Numbered from the stretch's first letter, positions 8,911-19,422 are shown. The stretch is 64,000 nucleotides of DNA from an uncultured Holophagales bacterium (GCA_963842525.1 CAWJGT010000022.1:39156-103155); one strand, 5' to 3'. A program made the numbers and translations. Notes: generated by a model from the sequence alone, not told the origin.

Positions 8911-11118
8911 CTAGTGCCGCCCCACGATCCCGAGGGTGAAGCTCCTCCCCAGCGCCAGGGCCGCGGTCTCGTCCGCCGACTCGGCAAAGCGGCGGTCGGT
9001 CAGGTTGCGGCCGATCACCCGCACCTCCAGGGCCTCGGTGACGTGGTAGCCGACTCCCAGGTCCAGAGTGGAATAGCCCGGGCGCGCCAGCTCGGCCGGC
9101 CCGGGACGGTCGTCCTCCATGTAGTTGAGGGACCGCAGGTAGGTGTAGCCCCGGTCCATCGACCAGCGCAGCGTGGCGAAGGCACCCGGCGTCGGGACGT
9201 CGGCGAGCGATGAGCCGTCCCCGGCCTCGCCCTCAGCCCAGGCGGCCGCGAGCTCCAGGGCGAAACCCGCCGGCAACGGCATCTGGAGCTCCAGCTCAAG
9301 GCCCTTGATCTCCGCCTCGCCGCGGTTGCGGAAGAAGAAGTCGTTGGCCGGCCGGAAGCGCTCGATCAGGTCCTCGATCTGGTAGAGGTACCCGAAGAGG
9401 CCGACCGAGCCGCCGCCCACGATCCAGCGCAGCGAGCCGTCGTATTGCAGGCTCCTCTCCGGCTCGAGATCCGGGTTGCCGACGACGAACCCGCGCCCGG
9501 AGGGGCCGCGGAAGTAGCGGTCCGACAGCGTCGGATCGCGGAAGCCGCGCGCTACCTGGAGGCTCCCCGTCAGGTTGTGCGGCAGGCTCGCGGTCAGCGC
9601 CGCATAGCCCGAAAGCGCCTGGTGCGAGGTCGACCGGTCGCCGAAGAATCCGCCCTTGTTCTCGGACTCCACGCGGTCCCCCCGCAGCCCGGCGGAGAGC
9701 AGGACGGACGAGGAGACCGGCCGGTCGTAGGACGCGAACACACCGGTGTCGGTCCGGATGGCGTCTTCGATGGCAACCGTCCGCTGCAGATCGGTCTGCT
9801 GGCCGGCCAGGTTGAAGAGCCGCCGATTCGTGATCGACTCGACGTTGAAGCGCGAGACGACCTCGAAGCCGACCTGCAGGCGTCCGCCGGCCAGGGGCCG
9901 CGCCGCCACGCCGCGCAGCGAGCCGTCGTCGGCGTCGGTTTCCGAGCTTTCGATCTGGCGGGTCACCGTGGCCGTGGGGAGCCTGTCGCGGTCGAGGGCC
10001 AGCCGGTAGTTGCCGAGGAAGAACCCGAAATCGAGCGAGTCCCACCCCCCGACCGGTCCGGAGGTGAGGGCGAGATTGAACCGCCGCGAGTCCTCCCATG
10101 GGTAGATCGAGCGGGTGATGTTGGAGTCGATCGCCGGGCTGCCCGTGTCGTAGCCATTGGTCATTGAAAAGCCGGCCCGCAGCCGGCCCACCGGCGTGTC
10201 CACGGCATAGCGGAGGGCGCCGCCCCGGTCGCGGTAGGAGGAGTTGTCGATGGTCTCCCCTCCGCCTGACTCGGCTTCCCCGGAGCGCCGGATGTGGAAC
10301 TGGCCGAGGATGCCGCCGCCGAACAGGTTGCCGGCGGCCTCGATCCCGGCGGACTCCTCGTCGTCGCCGCCGAACCCCTTGTTGAGCGTGTAGCGCAGCC
10401 AGGACGAGCCGGGCTCGGGATAGCGCGGGCGCGCGTTGATGACGCCGCCCAGGGCGTCCGAGCCATAGGCGACCGAGCCGGGACCGCGAGCCACCTCCAC
10501 CGAGGCGAGGGTGAAGGGGTCGAGGAACCCGGCCGAAGAGCCGGCGCGGCGCTCGGTCGTCACCCGCGAGCCGTCGAGCAGGAGCAGGGTCCGGCCGCGG
10601 GCGAGGCCGCGGATGGATGGCACGCCCGTGGGGCCTTCGCCGGTGGTCTGGGTGCCCGGCACAGCCTCCAGGACCTCGGCGAGCCGCTGCGGCCGCCGCT
10701 GCTCCAGGTCCTGCTGTCCGACCAGCGTCGTGGCCGCGGCGGGAGGGGTCTCGAGCCCGGGAGCCACGCCCGCGGTCACAGTGACCGAATCGCGGAAGGA
10801 CTCCTGGATCCGCACCTCCAGGGGGCCGGACCCGGGGAGCGCGGCTACCTCGATCGCCGGTGTCACCTCGCCGGCCGGACCCACCGCCACGACCTGGAAC
10901 GGCAAGGCGGGGTCCGGAGAGATGCGGAACCGGCCCTGCGCGTCGGTCGTCACCGAGATCGGGCGGCCGACGACGGAGATTTCATAGCCTGCGGCGGGCG
11001 TGCCGTCGGGCAGCAGCAGCCGGCCCTCGAGCGCCAGCGTCCACACCGGGAACGCGGCAAGGAGAAAGAGAAAAAGGAGCACAGCGGGCCTTTGGGGCCC
11101 GCGCGAAATGTTACGCAT
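8911..11118 (-). CDS. TonB-dependent receptor
   Basis: Signal peptide, DSVTVTA TonB box, SIRG..VEVARGPGSVAYGSDALGGVIN plug, NPDLEPE, NLTDR..GRSF. Confidence 0.96.
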   Translation of the reverse strand: MRNISRGPQRPAVLLFLFLLAAFPVWTLALEGRLLLPDGTPAAGYEISVVGRPISVTTDAQGRFRISPDPALPFQVVAVGPAGEVTPAIEVAALPGSGPLEVRIQESFRDSVTVTAGVAPGLETPPAAATTLVGQQDLEQRRPQRLAEVLEAVPGTQTTGEGPTGVPSIRGLARGRTLLLLDGSRVTTERRAGSSAGFLDPFTLASVEVARGPGSVAYGSDALGGVINARPRYPEPGSSWLRYTLNKGFGGDDEESAGIEAAGNLFGGGILGQFHIRRSGEAESGGGETIDNSSYRDRGGALRYAVDTPVGRLRAGFSMTNGYDTGSPAIDSNITRSIYPWEDSRRFNLALTSGPVGGWDSLDFGFFLGNYRLALDRDRLPTATVTRQIESSETDADDGSLRGVAARPLAGGRLQVGFEVVSRFNVESITNRRLFNLAGQQTDLQRTVAIEDAIRTDTGVFASYDRPVSSSVLLSAGLRGDRVESENKGGFFGDRSTSHQALSGYAALTASLPHNLTGSLQVARGFRDPTLSDRYFRGPSGRGFVVGNPDLEPERSLQYDGSLRWIVGGGSVGLFGYLYQIEDLIERFRPANDFFFRNRGEAEIKGLELELQMPLPAGFALELAAAWAEGEAGDGSSLADVPTPGAFATLRWSMDRGYTYLRSLNYMEDDRPGPAELARPGYSTLDLGVGYHVTEALEVRVIGRNLTDRRFAESADETAALALGRSFTLGIVGRH

Positions 11119-11210
11119 GAAGGACCTCGATCCTCGAAAAATGTACGTAGTCCATCGAGCCGCCCTCGCAGGGCGCCTCCGCTTCGGCATTGTTCGAGAG
11201 GACCGAGGCT

Positions 11211-11930
11211 CTATTCGTTATAGCGGTGAATGAGGGTGCGCACGTCGGCCGTGGGAAGGATGGCCGGATCCGCGGCAGGGAGGTCCCGGCGCTCTGGAGG
11301 AGGCTGGACGTCCGCCGTGGCGGGAGGCGGCAGGCTCGTCCTGGCGGAGCCGGGCCCGAGCAGAGGCATCCAGAACCCCGCAGCCGGCTCGACCGCGCGC
11401 ACGGACGGCAGCGCGGCATGAGCCACCATCTCGCGCAGGCGCGAGCCGTCGCGATTCCCTTCGACCCAGACGACCACGCCAGGGTTCCGGGGCCGCGCCC
11501 GCTCGCCGCGCGTCAGAGCCACTCCGCCTTTGAGCAGGCTCAGGGCCGCCGGGCCCGGCGCGGGCACGATCGAGAAGAGTCCTGGCGCCTCGACCTCCAC
11601 CTCACGCCGCTCGTCGCCGAAGCGCAGCAGCAGCCGTGCCCGGGGCGTGGGAACGTCCGGTATCCGGACCGTGAAGCGCCGGATCGAGATGTCCAGGTGG
11701 GGCGTGATCCGGACGGGCCACGTCCGCCCGCCGTCCGCCGAGAGGAAGGCCTCCCACTCCACGATCTCGGAGGGCAGCTCGCCCGCCTCCCACTCGACCG
11801 TCACCCGGGACCCGGCGGTCACCTCCGCCCCGGCAGCCGGCGAGACCAGCCGGACCGGCAGGTCCGCCCCCGCCGCCGGGACCGCGGCGGTCAGGAGAGC
11901 CAGGAGGGGGAGCAAGCTGAGCCGGCGCAT
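11211..11930 (-). CDS. Exported hypothetical protein (Ig-like N-terminal domain)
   Basis: Signal peptide, VSPAAGAEVTAGSRVTVEW, LSADGGRTWP; upstream of the TonB receptor. Confidence 0.65.
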   Translation of the reverse strand: MRRLSLLPLLALLTAAVPAAGADLPVRLVSPAAGAEVTAGSRVTVEWEAGELPSEIVEWEAFLSADGGRTWPVRITPHLDISIRRFTVRIPDVPTPRARLLLRFGDERREVEVEAPGLFSIVPAPGPAALSLLKGGVALTRGERARPRNPGVVVWVEGNRDGSRLREMVAHAALPSVRAVEPAAGFWMPLLGPGSARTSLPPPATADVQPPPERRDLPAADPAILPTADVRTLIHRYNE

Positions 11931-11982
11931 AGGTAACGATGTAGCTTCTTCCTCGGCGGCTCTCCTGTCAATGGCGCCGGAG

Positions 11983-12135
11983 GGCCCTCACCCCCCTGGC
12001 CCCCCTCTCCCAACCGCCCTCCCATCCACCGGGAGAGGGGGGGAAAGAGATCGAGGAAAAGCCGTCCAACCATCTTTGCTCCCCTCTCCCGGGGGTCGGG
12101 GAGGGCGGTTGGGAGAGGGGCCGGGGGTGAGGGGC
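11983..12135. repeat. Family-1 palindromic repeat
   Basis: CCCTCACCCCCCTGGCCCCCTCTCCCAACCGCCCTCCC...GGGAGGGCGGTTGGGAGAGGGGCCGGGGGTGAGGG. Confidence 0.88.
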
Positions 12136-12169
12136 TGGGCCGCCACGGACTTTGACAGGTCCCAGAGGC

Positions 12170-12949
12170 TCACCCGGGGCTCGTCCCGACCTCGTCCTCC
12201 TGCACCTCCGGCCCCTCGACCAGGTGCGCACGCACGATGAACCGCTTGGGTGCGGACCCCACGTAGTAAAAAGGATAACAGGTGACCAGGGTGAGCGAGG
12301 GACCGTCCGTGCCGGTGAGCACCTCGGTCTGGGAGGGACGGACCACGCGGGTCCATTCGACCTGGTAGCGCCAGGTGCCGTCGAGCGTCGTCAGCTCGAT
12401 GATGTCGTTCTTGTCGATGTCCTTGAGGCCGCGGAAGAAGCTGTCGCGGTGGCCGGCGATCCCGACGTTGCCTCCGATCTCCGACGGCAGCGAGGTGCCC
12501 GGGATGTGGCCGACGCCGTGCCGCAGCGTGCGATGGGAGATCCCTTCGAGGAGGATCGCGGAGACGCCGGTGCCGGGAATCCGGATCCGGCCGAGCAACC
12601 CCCCCTCTCCCTGGTCAGGAGATTCGGCCTCCCACTTCCAGACCTCCTCGCCGAACGAGGCGAACGAATCCGTCTCGGAGGCCGGCGGCGGAGTGTCCGT
12701 GGAAGATTTTTCCTTCTCCGCTGGAGTTTCCTCCGCACGAGGAGAGCGCTCGTCGGCCTGTGCCTGCTTCCGCTGGGCCGCCCGCTCCTGCAGCTCCTGA
12801 TCCAGCCGGCGGTTCTGCTCGCGTTCGAACAGGCGCGCATCGACGAAGGCGAACCCGTAGATCCCGAGACAGGCGATGCCAACCACCAGCAGAAGGCGTT
12901 CGATCCAGCGGCGGATGGGTGCTCTCTTCTTCAAGTCTCCCCTCCTCAA
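12170..12949 (-). CDS. Class D sortase
   Basis: N-terminal TM, GHRDSFF, TLVTCYPFYYVGSAPKRFIVRA (His/Cys/Arg triad); start uncertain. Confidence 0.95.
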   Translation of the reverse strand: MRRGDLKKRAPIRRWIERLLLVVGIACLGIYGFAFVDARLFEREQNRRLDQELQERAAQRKQAQADERSPRAEETPAEKEKSSTDTPPPASETDSFASFGEEVWKWEAESPDQGEGGLLGRIRIPGTGVSAILLEGISHRTLRHGVGHIPGTSLPSEIGGNVGIAGHRDSFFRGLKDIDKNDIIELTTLDGTWRYQVEWTRVVRPSQTEVLTGTDGPSLTLVTCYPFYYVGSAPKRFIVRAHLVEGPEVQEDEVGTSPG

Positions 12950-13023
12950 AGGAAATCACCTGGCACCGGAAGGCGCCAGGTGATCGGCCGATGTTGCCCA
13001 TCGGCGTAGCTCAGGCTGCGGGT

Positions 13024-13461
13024 CTAGAAGCGGCGCACGACGAGCGCGGCGCCCAGCGCCAGCAGGCCGATCAGGCCCACCAGCGGCAGGTTGGTCGCCG
13101 TGGCGGGCAAGGAGTCCGACACCGTGTCGGTCTCGTTGTCCAGCGAGCCGGTCTCGTCGATGCCGGAGGCGTCCGTATCGGCGTCCGTCGTGCTGTTCAC
13201 ATCGACGTCCACCAGGCCCTCGGCGTTGCTGCCGGTATCGACGTCGACGTCTACACCCGTGCCGGTCTCGGTCTCAGGCATGGTCGTGGTCGGCTCCTGG
13301 AGCGGGAGCGGGTTGCCGGGATTCGGCAGGTCGTTGCTGTTCAGCCCGGGCTCCTGCTGCTTCGTGGGGCCGGGGACCGAGGTGTTCGGGCCCTGAGCGA
13401 CGGCGGCGCCCGCCACCGTCAGGGCGAAGATGGTCAGTATGGAAAAAACAAGACGTTTCAT
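13024..13461 (-). CDS. Acidic secreted protein with LPXTA sorting signal
   Basis: Signal peptide; C-terminal LPATA, hydrophobic helix and VRRF tail. Confidence 0.88.
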   Translation of the reverse strand: MKRLVFSILTIFALTVAGAAVAQGPNTSVPGPTKQQEPGLNSNDLPNPGNPLPLQEPTTTMPETETGTGVDVDVDTGSNAEGLVDVDVNSTTDADTDASGIDETGSLDNETDTVSDSLPATATNLPLVGLIGLLALGAALVVRRF

Positions 13462-13639
13462 GATGTGGTTTCTCCTCTCCAATCCTGCTGGTTGTCCGAG
13501 GTCTGGGGACCCTGAGAGCGCCCTCCGCTTCAACTCGTACTGCAAGGGGGGGAGACTCGGTTTGCCGGCAAACCGGCGGGCGCTTCGGCTAGCACGTCGG
13601 GCCCTCCGCCCCTCCCCACTCCACTCGCCCAGAAATTAG

Positions 13640-13655
13640 TGCAAGCCCGGTGCCA
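13640..13655 (-). promoter_or_regulatory. Sigma54 (-24/-12) promoter for the LPXTA protein-sortase operon
   Basis: Minus strand TGGCAC-CGGGC-TTGCA, matching the TGGCAC-N5-TTGCW consensus. Confidence 0.75.
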
Positions 13656-13738
13656 AAGGCCCCGTTGTAGGGCCGGGCTCCACCGAGATCGCCGTCTCGG
13701 GATAGAGTAGCCCTGGGGTTCAACCAGGCGTCCAGGTC

Positions 13739-15010
13739 ATGAGCAACATCCTGCCGATCAACGTCGACGACCTCCTCCATTTTCGAGGCGTAGAGTCCGC
13801 CCGGGTGGAATTCAAGGAGTCCTGGAACACCGGCCCGACGGGTGCTCAGGTGCTGCGCACGGTCTGTGCGTTCGCCAACGACCTGCAGAACTTGAACGGC
13901 GGCTACGTCATTCTGGGCATCGCCGCGAAGGATGGCATCGCGCAACTTCCGCCCGCCGGCCTGCCGCCCGCCAAGCTTGAAGAGATTCAGCGGTGGCTCC
14001 GGGGACGCTGCAACACGCTGGACCCGGTTTACCAACCGGTGCTCTCGCCCGAGTCCGTCGACGGCCGGCACATCCTGGTGATCTGGGCACCGGGAAGCGA
14101 CACGCGACCACACCAGGCTCCCGAGACCTCGGAAAAGGGAGCGCCTCGCAAGTATTACGTCCGGCTCGGCGGCGAGACCGTCGAGGCCAAAGGTACTGTT
14201 CTGACTCAGCTCCTCCAACTCACGGCGAAGGTTCCCTTCGACGACCGCCGTGCCCTCGGCGTGCCCATCGAGAAGATCCGGGAGACACGGATCCGCGAGT
14301 TTCTGGCCGACCTCAAGAGCGGTCTATTAGAGGAGACGGACGCGCGGGAGATCTACCGCCGGATGTTTCTCTCGGCCCGGGTGAACGGCTACGAGGTTCC
14401 CCGCAACGTTGCGTTGCTCTTTTTCTCCGATGACCCCGAGGAGTGGTTCCGGGGCGCGCGAATCGAAGTCGTGCAGTTTGCGGGGGACGCCTCCGGCAAT
14501 ATTCTGACGGAACGGGTCTTCCGAGGCCCTCTGCACCAGCAGCTTCGAGATGCCTTGACCCATCTCGAGGGCCTCGTGACGAGGTACGTGCAGAAGCTCG
14601 ACGATCGGCCCGAAGCCAGAACCTGGACGAGCTATCCGGTGACAGCGGTTCGGGAATGCCTGGTCAATGCCATCTATCACCGCAGCTACGAGGGTGAGCC
14701 GGAGCCCACAAAGGTATATCTGTATCCGGACCGCATGGAAATCATCAACTATCCCGGCCCGATGCCGGGAATTGAACGAGAGCATTTCCGCCCGGGCGCT
14801 GGCATCCCACCGGTCCCGGCGCGCAACCGCCGCATCGGAGAGCTCCTCAAGGAGCTCCGGCTCGCCGAGGCCAGGGGGACGGGAGTGCCCAAGGTCTTTC
14901 GCGCCATGGAGCACAACGGCTCGCCGCCCCCGAGGTTCGACTTCGACGATGCCCGAACCTACTTCAGGGTAACGCTGCCTGCGCATCCCGAGCACCCGGT
15001 CATGTCCTGA
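13739..15010 (+). CDS. Schlafen/AlbA_2 DNA-binding domain plus HATPase_c_4 protein
   Basis: ESARVEFKES..CAFAND..GGYVILGI; RECLVNAIYHRSY, RNRRIGELL..GTGVPK. Confidence 0.92.
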   Translation: MSNILPINVDDLLHFRGVESARVEFKESWNTGPTGAQVLRTVCAFANDLQNLNGGYVILGIAAKDGIAQLPPAGLPPAKLEEIQRWLRGRCNTLDPVYQPVLSPESVDGRHILVIWAPGSDTRPHQAPETSEKGAPRKYYVRLGGETVEAKGTVLTQLLQLTAKVPFDDRRALGVPIEKIRETRIREFLADLKSGLLEETDAREIYRRMFLSARVNGYEVPRNVALLFFSDDPEEWFRGARIEVVQFAGDASGNILTERVFRGPLHQQLRDALTHLEGLVTRYVQKLDDRPEARTWTSYPVTAVRECLVNAIYHRSYEGEPEPTKVYLYPDRMEIINYPGPMPGIEREHFRPGAGIPPVPARNRRIGELLKELRLAEARGTGVPKVFRAMEHNGSPPPRFDFDDARTYFRVTLPAHPEHPVMS

Positions 15011-15114
15011 GATCTTTGAGCTTGCCGCGATGGCGTCGCTCAGGATCTCGCGGCGAGCTCGGACATGGTCTTGCCCTGCGCTTGCGGCCGCCTACGGGCT
15101 GAGTGGCCGAGCGA

Positions 15115-15429
15115 TCAGCCCCCTGCGGCCCGACGTCGTGGACGCCCCTCCTCGGAGCCCAGGAGCAGGAGAATCCGCTCTTTGGCCGCATGGAAGTCGG
15201 TGAAGACCTCTTCCGGTCCTTCGAACAGGCCAGCCGCGGGATCGCTCGATGTATCCACCAGCGAGACTCCGAAACCGAGCCGTGGTCTCCACTCCACGGC
15301 CACGAACCGGCCGTGCTCTGCGACATCCAGCCAGCCCGGAGCCTCCGGCTCCCCAGACCAGTCAAGAGTGAGGTCGAGATCCGGAGAAGAGGCGCGCAGA
15401 GCGTCTACCAGTCTTTCGAGGTCAGTCAT
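15115..15429 (-). CDS. Putative antitoxin/immunity protein
   Basis: ATG overlaps the upstream gene's stop by 8 nt; VAVEWRPRLGFGVS..EGPEEVF. Confidence 0.55.
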   Translation of the reverse strand: MTDLERLVDALRASSPDLDLTLDWSGEPEAPGWLDVAEHGRFVAVEWRPRLGFGVSLVDTSSDPAAGLFEGPEEVFTDFHAAKERILLLLGSEEGRPRRRAAGG

Positions 15430-15800
15430 CCCAAACTCCTCGTCCGTCGCGGCCGGGCGCGCGGAAGACGATCTCACTCTCCCGGACGGTGACAATCTCG
15501 ACGGCGCCGTTCTCGCGGATGTAGGTGTTGTGCCCCTTGGAGCGCCATCGCGTCACGTCCGAGCGACCCGGCACCGGACGGCGACTGTCCGGTAAAGGTG
15601 GATACAGACGCCCATCCGTCTGCCACCTCTCCGGATTGTAGAGGATTCCCGCCAATTCGTCTTCCACCTCGTTCAGGGTCGTGCTCAACACGGCGAGCGC
15701 CTCCTCCATTGAGGAAGCGGGCAGCCTCTGTGCGAGGCGCCGGAAGAGCTCCCGAAAGCCGCTGTGCCCGCGAAGGAATCTCTCCGATGATCCACCCCCC
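15422..15800 (-). CDS. Putative small toxin (nuclease-like), start uncertain
   Basis: LNEVEDEL..DGRLYPP..RSKGHNTYIRENGAVEI motif set; translationally coupled to the partner gene. Confidence 0.55.
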
Positions 15801-15980
15801 CTCCATTCCCTGTCGTGCGTTCTGTCCCTACGTGCAAATTTAGCCTGGGCCGTATCAAAAAGTCGACTCCCGTCTCTACGATGCCCGACCAGACCGACGC
15901 TCCCCTGACCTGGAGAGGGGGGACACGTCCGGACTGTCAGGCTAGCCAGAACCGTCGGTGTTCCGGTCGAGCCGCCGAAG

Positions 15981-18900
15981 TCAATCGCACTTCTCCGGCC
16001 CCGGCAGCGCCTCGCAGGTCTTGCGGTAGGGTTTGTCGGCGCCAATATAGTTTCGCCATTCCTCGCAGGTCAGATTCCGATTGGCCGTGCGGCAGGCCTC
16101 AGCCATGAGGACACCCAAGTCCAAGTCCCACAGGATGACGGTGTGGTCCTCACCCGCCGAGGCCAGCCGCTTCCCGTCCGGGCTGAAGGCCACGTCATAC
16201 ACCCCGCCCCCGTGCCCCTCCAGCGTGGCCAGCGGCTTGCGGCTGTCCACGTCCCACAAGATCACGGTCTTGTCGTAACTCGCCGAGGCCAGCCGCTTGC
16301 CGTCCGGGCTGAAGGCGACATCCCAGATCCGGCCCTTGTGCCCCTCTAGCGTGGCCAGCAGTTTGCGGCTATCCACGTCCCACAGGATCACGGTCCTGTC
16401 CCGACTCGCCGAGGTCAGCCGCTTCCCGTCGGGGCTGAAGGCGACGCTGTAGACCGATTCCTTGTGTCCTACCAGCGAGGCCAGCGGCTTGCGGCTGTCC
16501 ACATCCCAAAGGATCACGGTCTTGTCTCGACTCGCCGAGGCCAGCCGCTTGCCGTCCGGGCTGAAGGCCACGCCATAGACCTCGTCCTTGTGCCCCTTCA
16601 GCGAGGCCAGCGACCTGCGGCTGTCCACGTCCCAGAGGATCACGGTCTTGTCCACACTCGTCGAGGCCAGACATCTCCCGTCCGGGCTGAATTCCACGTC
16701 AATGCCCAAACCCTTGTGCCCCTCCAACGTGGCGAGCGGCTTGCGACCGGCCACGTCCCACAGGATCACGGTCTTATCCAGACCCGTCGAGGCCAGCCAT
16801 CGACCATCCGGGCTGAAGGCGACGCCATTGACCAAGTCTTTGTGCCCTTTAAGTGTGGCCAGCGCCTTGCGGCTGTCCACGTCCCACAGAATCACCGTCT
16901 TGTTCAAAGTTGTCGAGGCCAGCCGCTTCCAGTCCGGGCTTAAGGTGTTGCCGAGAACTTGGTCCTTGTGTCCCAGCAGCACCGCCTTGCGGCTGTCCAC
17001 GTCCCACAAGATCACGGTGTTGTCCCAACTCGCCGACGCCAGGTGCTTCCCGTCCGGACTGAAGGCGACGCTGCTGACCAGGTCCGTTTGCCCTTGCAGG
17101 GTAGCCAGTGGCTTGCGGCTGTCCACGTCCCACAGAATCACCGTCTGGTCAGCGCTCGCCGAGGCCAGCCGCTTCCCGTCCCGGCTGAAGGCCACGCTTT
17201 CGACTCCACTCTTGTGCCCTTCCAGCAGGCCCAGCGGCTTGCGACTGTCCACGTCCCACAAGATCACGGTCTTGTCGTAACTCGCCGAAGCCAGCCGCTT
17301 CCCGTCCGGGCTGAAGGCGACGCCCCTGACCAAGGTCTTGTGCGCCGCCAGCGTAGCCAGCGGCTTGCGGCTGTCCACGTCCCATAGGATTACGGAGCTG
17401 TCCTGACTCGCCGAAGCCAGCCGCTTTCCATCCGGGCTGAAGGCCACGCCCCAGACCCGGTCCTTGTGCCCCTCCAGCGTGGCCAGCGGCTTGCGGCTGC
17501 CCACGTCCCACAGGACCACGGTCTTATCCCAACTCGCCGACGCCAGCCGCTTCCCGTCCGGACTGAAAGCAACGTCCCTGAGCCGGTCCTTGTGCCTCTC
17601 CAGAATGGCCAACGGCTTGCGGCTTTCCACGTCCCACAGGATTACGGAGTTGTCCTGACTCGCCGAGGCCAGCCGCTTTCCATCCGGGCTGAAGGCGACG
17701 TCCCAGACCACGTCCTTGTGCCCCTTCAGCGTGGCCAGCGGCTTGCGGCTTTCCACGTCCCATAGGATCAGGGTCTTGTCCTTGCTCGCCGAGGCCAGCC
17801 GCTTCCCGTCCGGACTGAAGGCGACGCTGTTGACCCGGTCCGTGTGCCCCTGCAGAAACGCGGAGAGTTGCGGGTGGCTCATGAAGCGCCGCAGAAGCCC
17901 AGACGCCACATCAAGTGTCGGCTCTACTCGAACCGCTTCCAGGTTGACCAGAAGGGATGCATCATAGCTGCCGTCCTGAAGCCGATCCGCGTTGGCCACC
18001 AGCCGCGTGATCTCCGCCTCGCGCAGCAGATCGGCGGCTTTCCACGCGAGCCACCCGGCGAGCACGATGAGGACGATTACGACGACCGCTCCTGCCAGCA
18101 CGAGCGCCGCATTGCGCCGGTTGCGCCGCTGCTGCTCGCGCGCCGTCCGTTCTCGCGCCTTCACTGCCTCTTCGGCCTCGCGGGCACGGCGGCGGTCGCG
18201 GCTTTCCTTGACCACGCGGGTCAGCACGTCGTGGGTCAGCTCGAGGCGGCGCACGCTCTGCCGCTCGTCCACCCGCAGCAGGCGGCGCCGGATCAGCGCA
18301 TCGACCGCCTCGGAGGTGACGCCCGGCAGAGTCTCGTCCAAGGCGTGGCTGTCGCGGTGGCCGCGGCCGGTGATGAGCTCGTCTTCGACAAACGTGCGCA
18401 CGCTCAGATCAAGGCCAGCCACGCTGCGCTCGTAAAAGCCCGAGAGGATCTCGCGATCGGCTCCTTCCAGCAGCTCGGTCGTAATGCGCTCGAGCGGAGG
18501 TTCCGCTTGCTGGCGCTTGTGATTCAGCTCGCTGCATACCACGCTGAGCAGTGCCGGATCGATCTCGATCTTGTGGAAATTCGACGGAAAGACGGGGGGG
18601 CTGGGCTCGTTCTTCCAAGCGAGCATGAGGATCCGCCGTGCGATGACATCGTCGACCAGGTGGCCGCCCGCACGGATGACGACCTCGTAAGCCTGCGCGC
18701 CATTCATCGCCAGCAGGCGAAAGCGGTTGTACATGAGGGAGGGCATCCGCTCCTTGAGCCCCTCCATCTCGGCCAGGAAATCTTCGCGGAAGCTCAACAC
18801 TAGCTTGACCGTCGAGCGCTTGAAATCGAAGCGTCTCGCCGCCGTGGATTCGGCTTCCAGCGCCTTCCGGACCGCGTCCGGCGGCCTGTTCTCCACCAGG

Positions 18901-19418
18901 TCACACAGCTCGGCCAGGAAGGCGGCCGAACGGGCCCGGGACGCTTCGCTCTCCTGACCGAGCGTGAAGATTTCCTCGAACTGATCGAACACGACCACGG
19001 GAGTCACCGGGCGGTTGCGTTCGCTCCAGAATTCCGCGTCGCGCCGATGGAAGAACGACCACAGGCTTTCGTCTCCCGCAGGCTGGGCCGCCTGGACCCG
19101 ATCGGCCTCACATGCCACCTGCAGGGCGCGGAAGATCTGCTCTCGCAATGCAGGCGCTCCTTCGGCATGATCGAGGCGTACATAGACTGGCAGATAATCT
19201 TCGTCACGCAGCAGAGGAAACAAGCCAGCTTTCAGCAGTGAGGTCTTGCCCAGCCCGGATCGTCCGAACAGCACCGTGAGCAGCTCGCGGCGGACCAATC
19301 GCACCAATTCGCCCGCCTCCGCCGCTCGGCCGTGGAAGTACTCTCGGTCGGTCTCGTCGAAGGGATCGAGCCCGGGCCACGGGTTGTCGGGGCTGAGGGC
19401 TTGTCGTTGCAGATCCAT
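15981..19418 (-). CDS. nSTAND1 NTPase - TM - 14x WD40 protein
   Basis: NPWPGL..F..YFHGR, Walker A GRSGLGKTS, Walker B VVVFDQFEEIFT, ELTHD, a TM helix, then 14 GH..WD repeats. Confidence 0.95.
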   Translation of the reverse strand: MDLQRQALSPDNPWPGLDPFDETDREYFHGRAAEAGELVRLVRRELLTVLFGRSGLGKTSLLKAGLFPLLRDEDYLPVYVRLDHAEGAPALREQIFRALQVACEADRVQAAQPAGDESLWSFFHRRDAEFWSERNRPVTPVVVFDQFEEIFTLGQESEASRARSAAFLAELCDLVENRPPDAVRKALEAESTAARRFDFKRSTVKLVLSFREDFLAEMEGLKERMPSLMYNRFRLLAMNGAQAYEVVIRAGGHLVDDVIARRILMLAWKNEPSPPVFPSNFHKIEIDPALLSVVCSELNHKRQQAEPPLERITTELLEGADREILSGFYERSVAGLDLSVRTFVEDELITGRGHRDSHALDETLPGVTSEAVDALIRRRLLRVDERQSVRRLELTHDVLTRVVKESRDRRRAREAEEAVKARERTAREQQRRNRRNAALVLAGAVVVIVLIVLAGWLAWKAADLLREAEITRLVANADRLQDGSYDASLLVNLEAVRVEPTLDVASGLLRRFMSHPQLSAFLQGHTDRVNSVAFSPDGKRLASASKDKTLILWDVESRKPLATLKGHKDVVWDVAFSPDGKRLASASQDNSVILWDVESRKPLAILERHKDRLRDVAFSPDGKRLASASWDKTVVLWDVGSRKPLATLEGHKDRVWGVAFSPDGKRLASASQDSSVILWDVDSRKPLATLAAHKTLVRGVAFSPDGKRLASASYDKTVILWDVDSRKPLGLLEGHKSGVESVAFSRDGKRLASASADQTVILWDVDSRKPLATLQGQTDLVSSVAFSPDGKHLASASWDNTVILWDVDSRKAVLLGHKDQVLGNTLSPDWKRLASTTLNKTVILWDVDSRKALATLKGHKDLVNGVAFSPDGRWLASTGLDKTVILWDVAGRKPLATLEGHKGLGIDVEFSPDGRCLASTSVDKTVILWDVDSRRSLASLKGHKDEVYGVAFSPDGKRLASASRDKTVILWDVDSRKPLASLVGHKESVYSVAFSPDGKRLTSASRDRTVILWDVDSRKLLATLEGHKGRIWDVAFSPDGKRLASASYDKTVILWDVDSRKPLATLEGHGGGVYDVAFSPDGKRLASAGEDHTVILWDLDLGVLMAEACRTANRNLTCEEWRNYIGADKPYRKTCEALPGPEKCD

Positions 19419-19422
19419 TATT

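Noticed and set aside
16120-17860. WD40 DNA repeats as a CRISPR-like or DGR array
   Set aside because: In-frame coding repeats; no RT gene or separate template repeat seen
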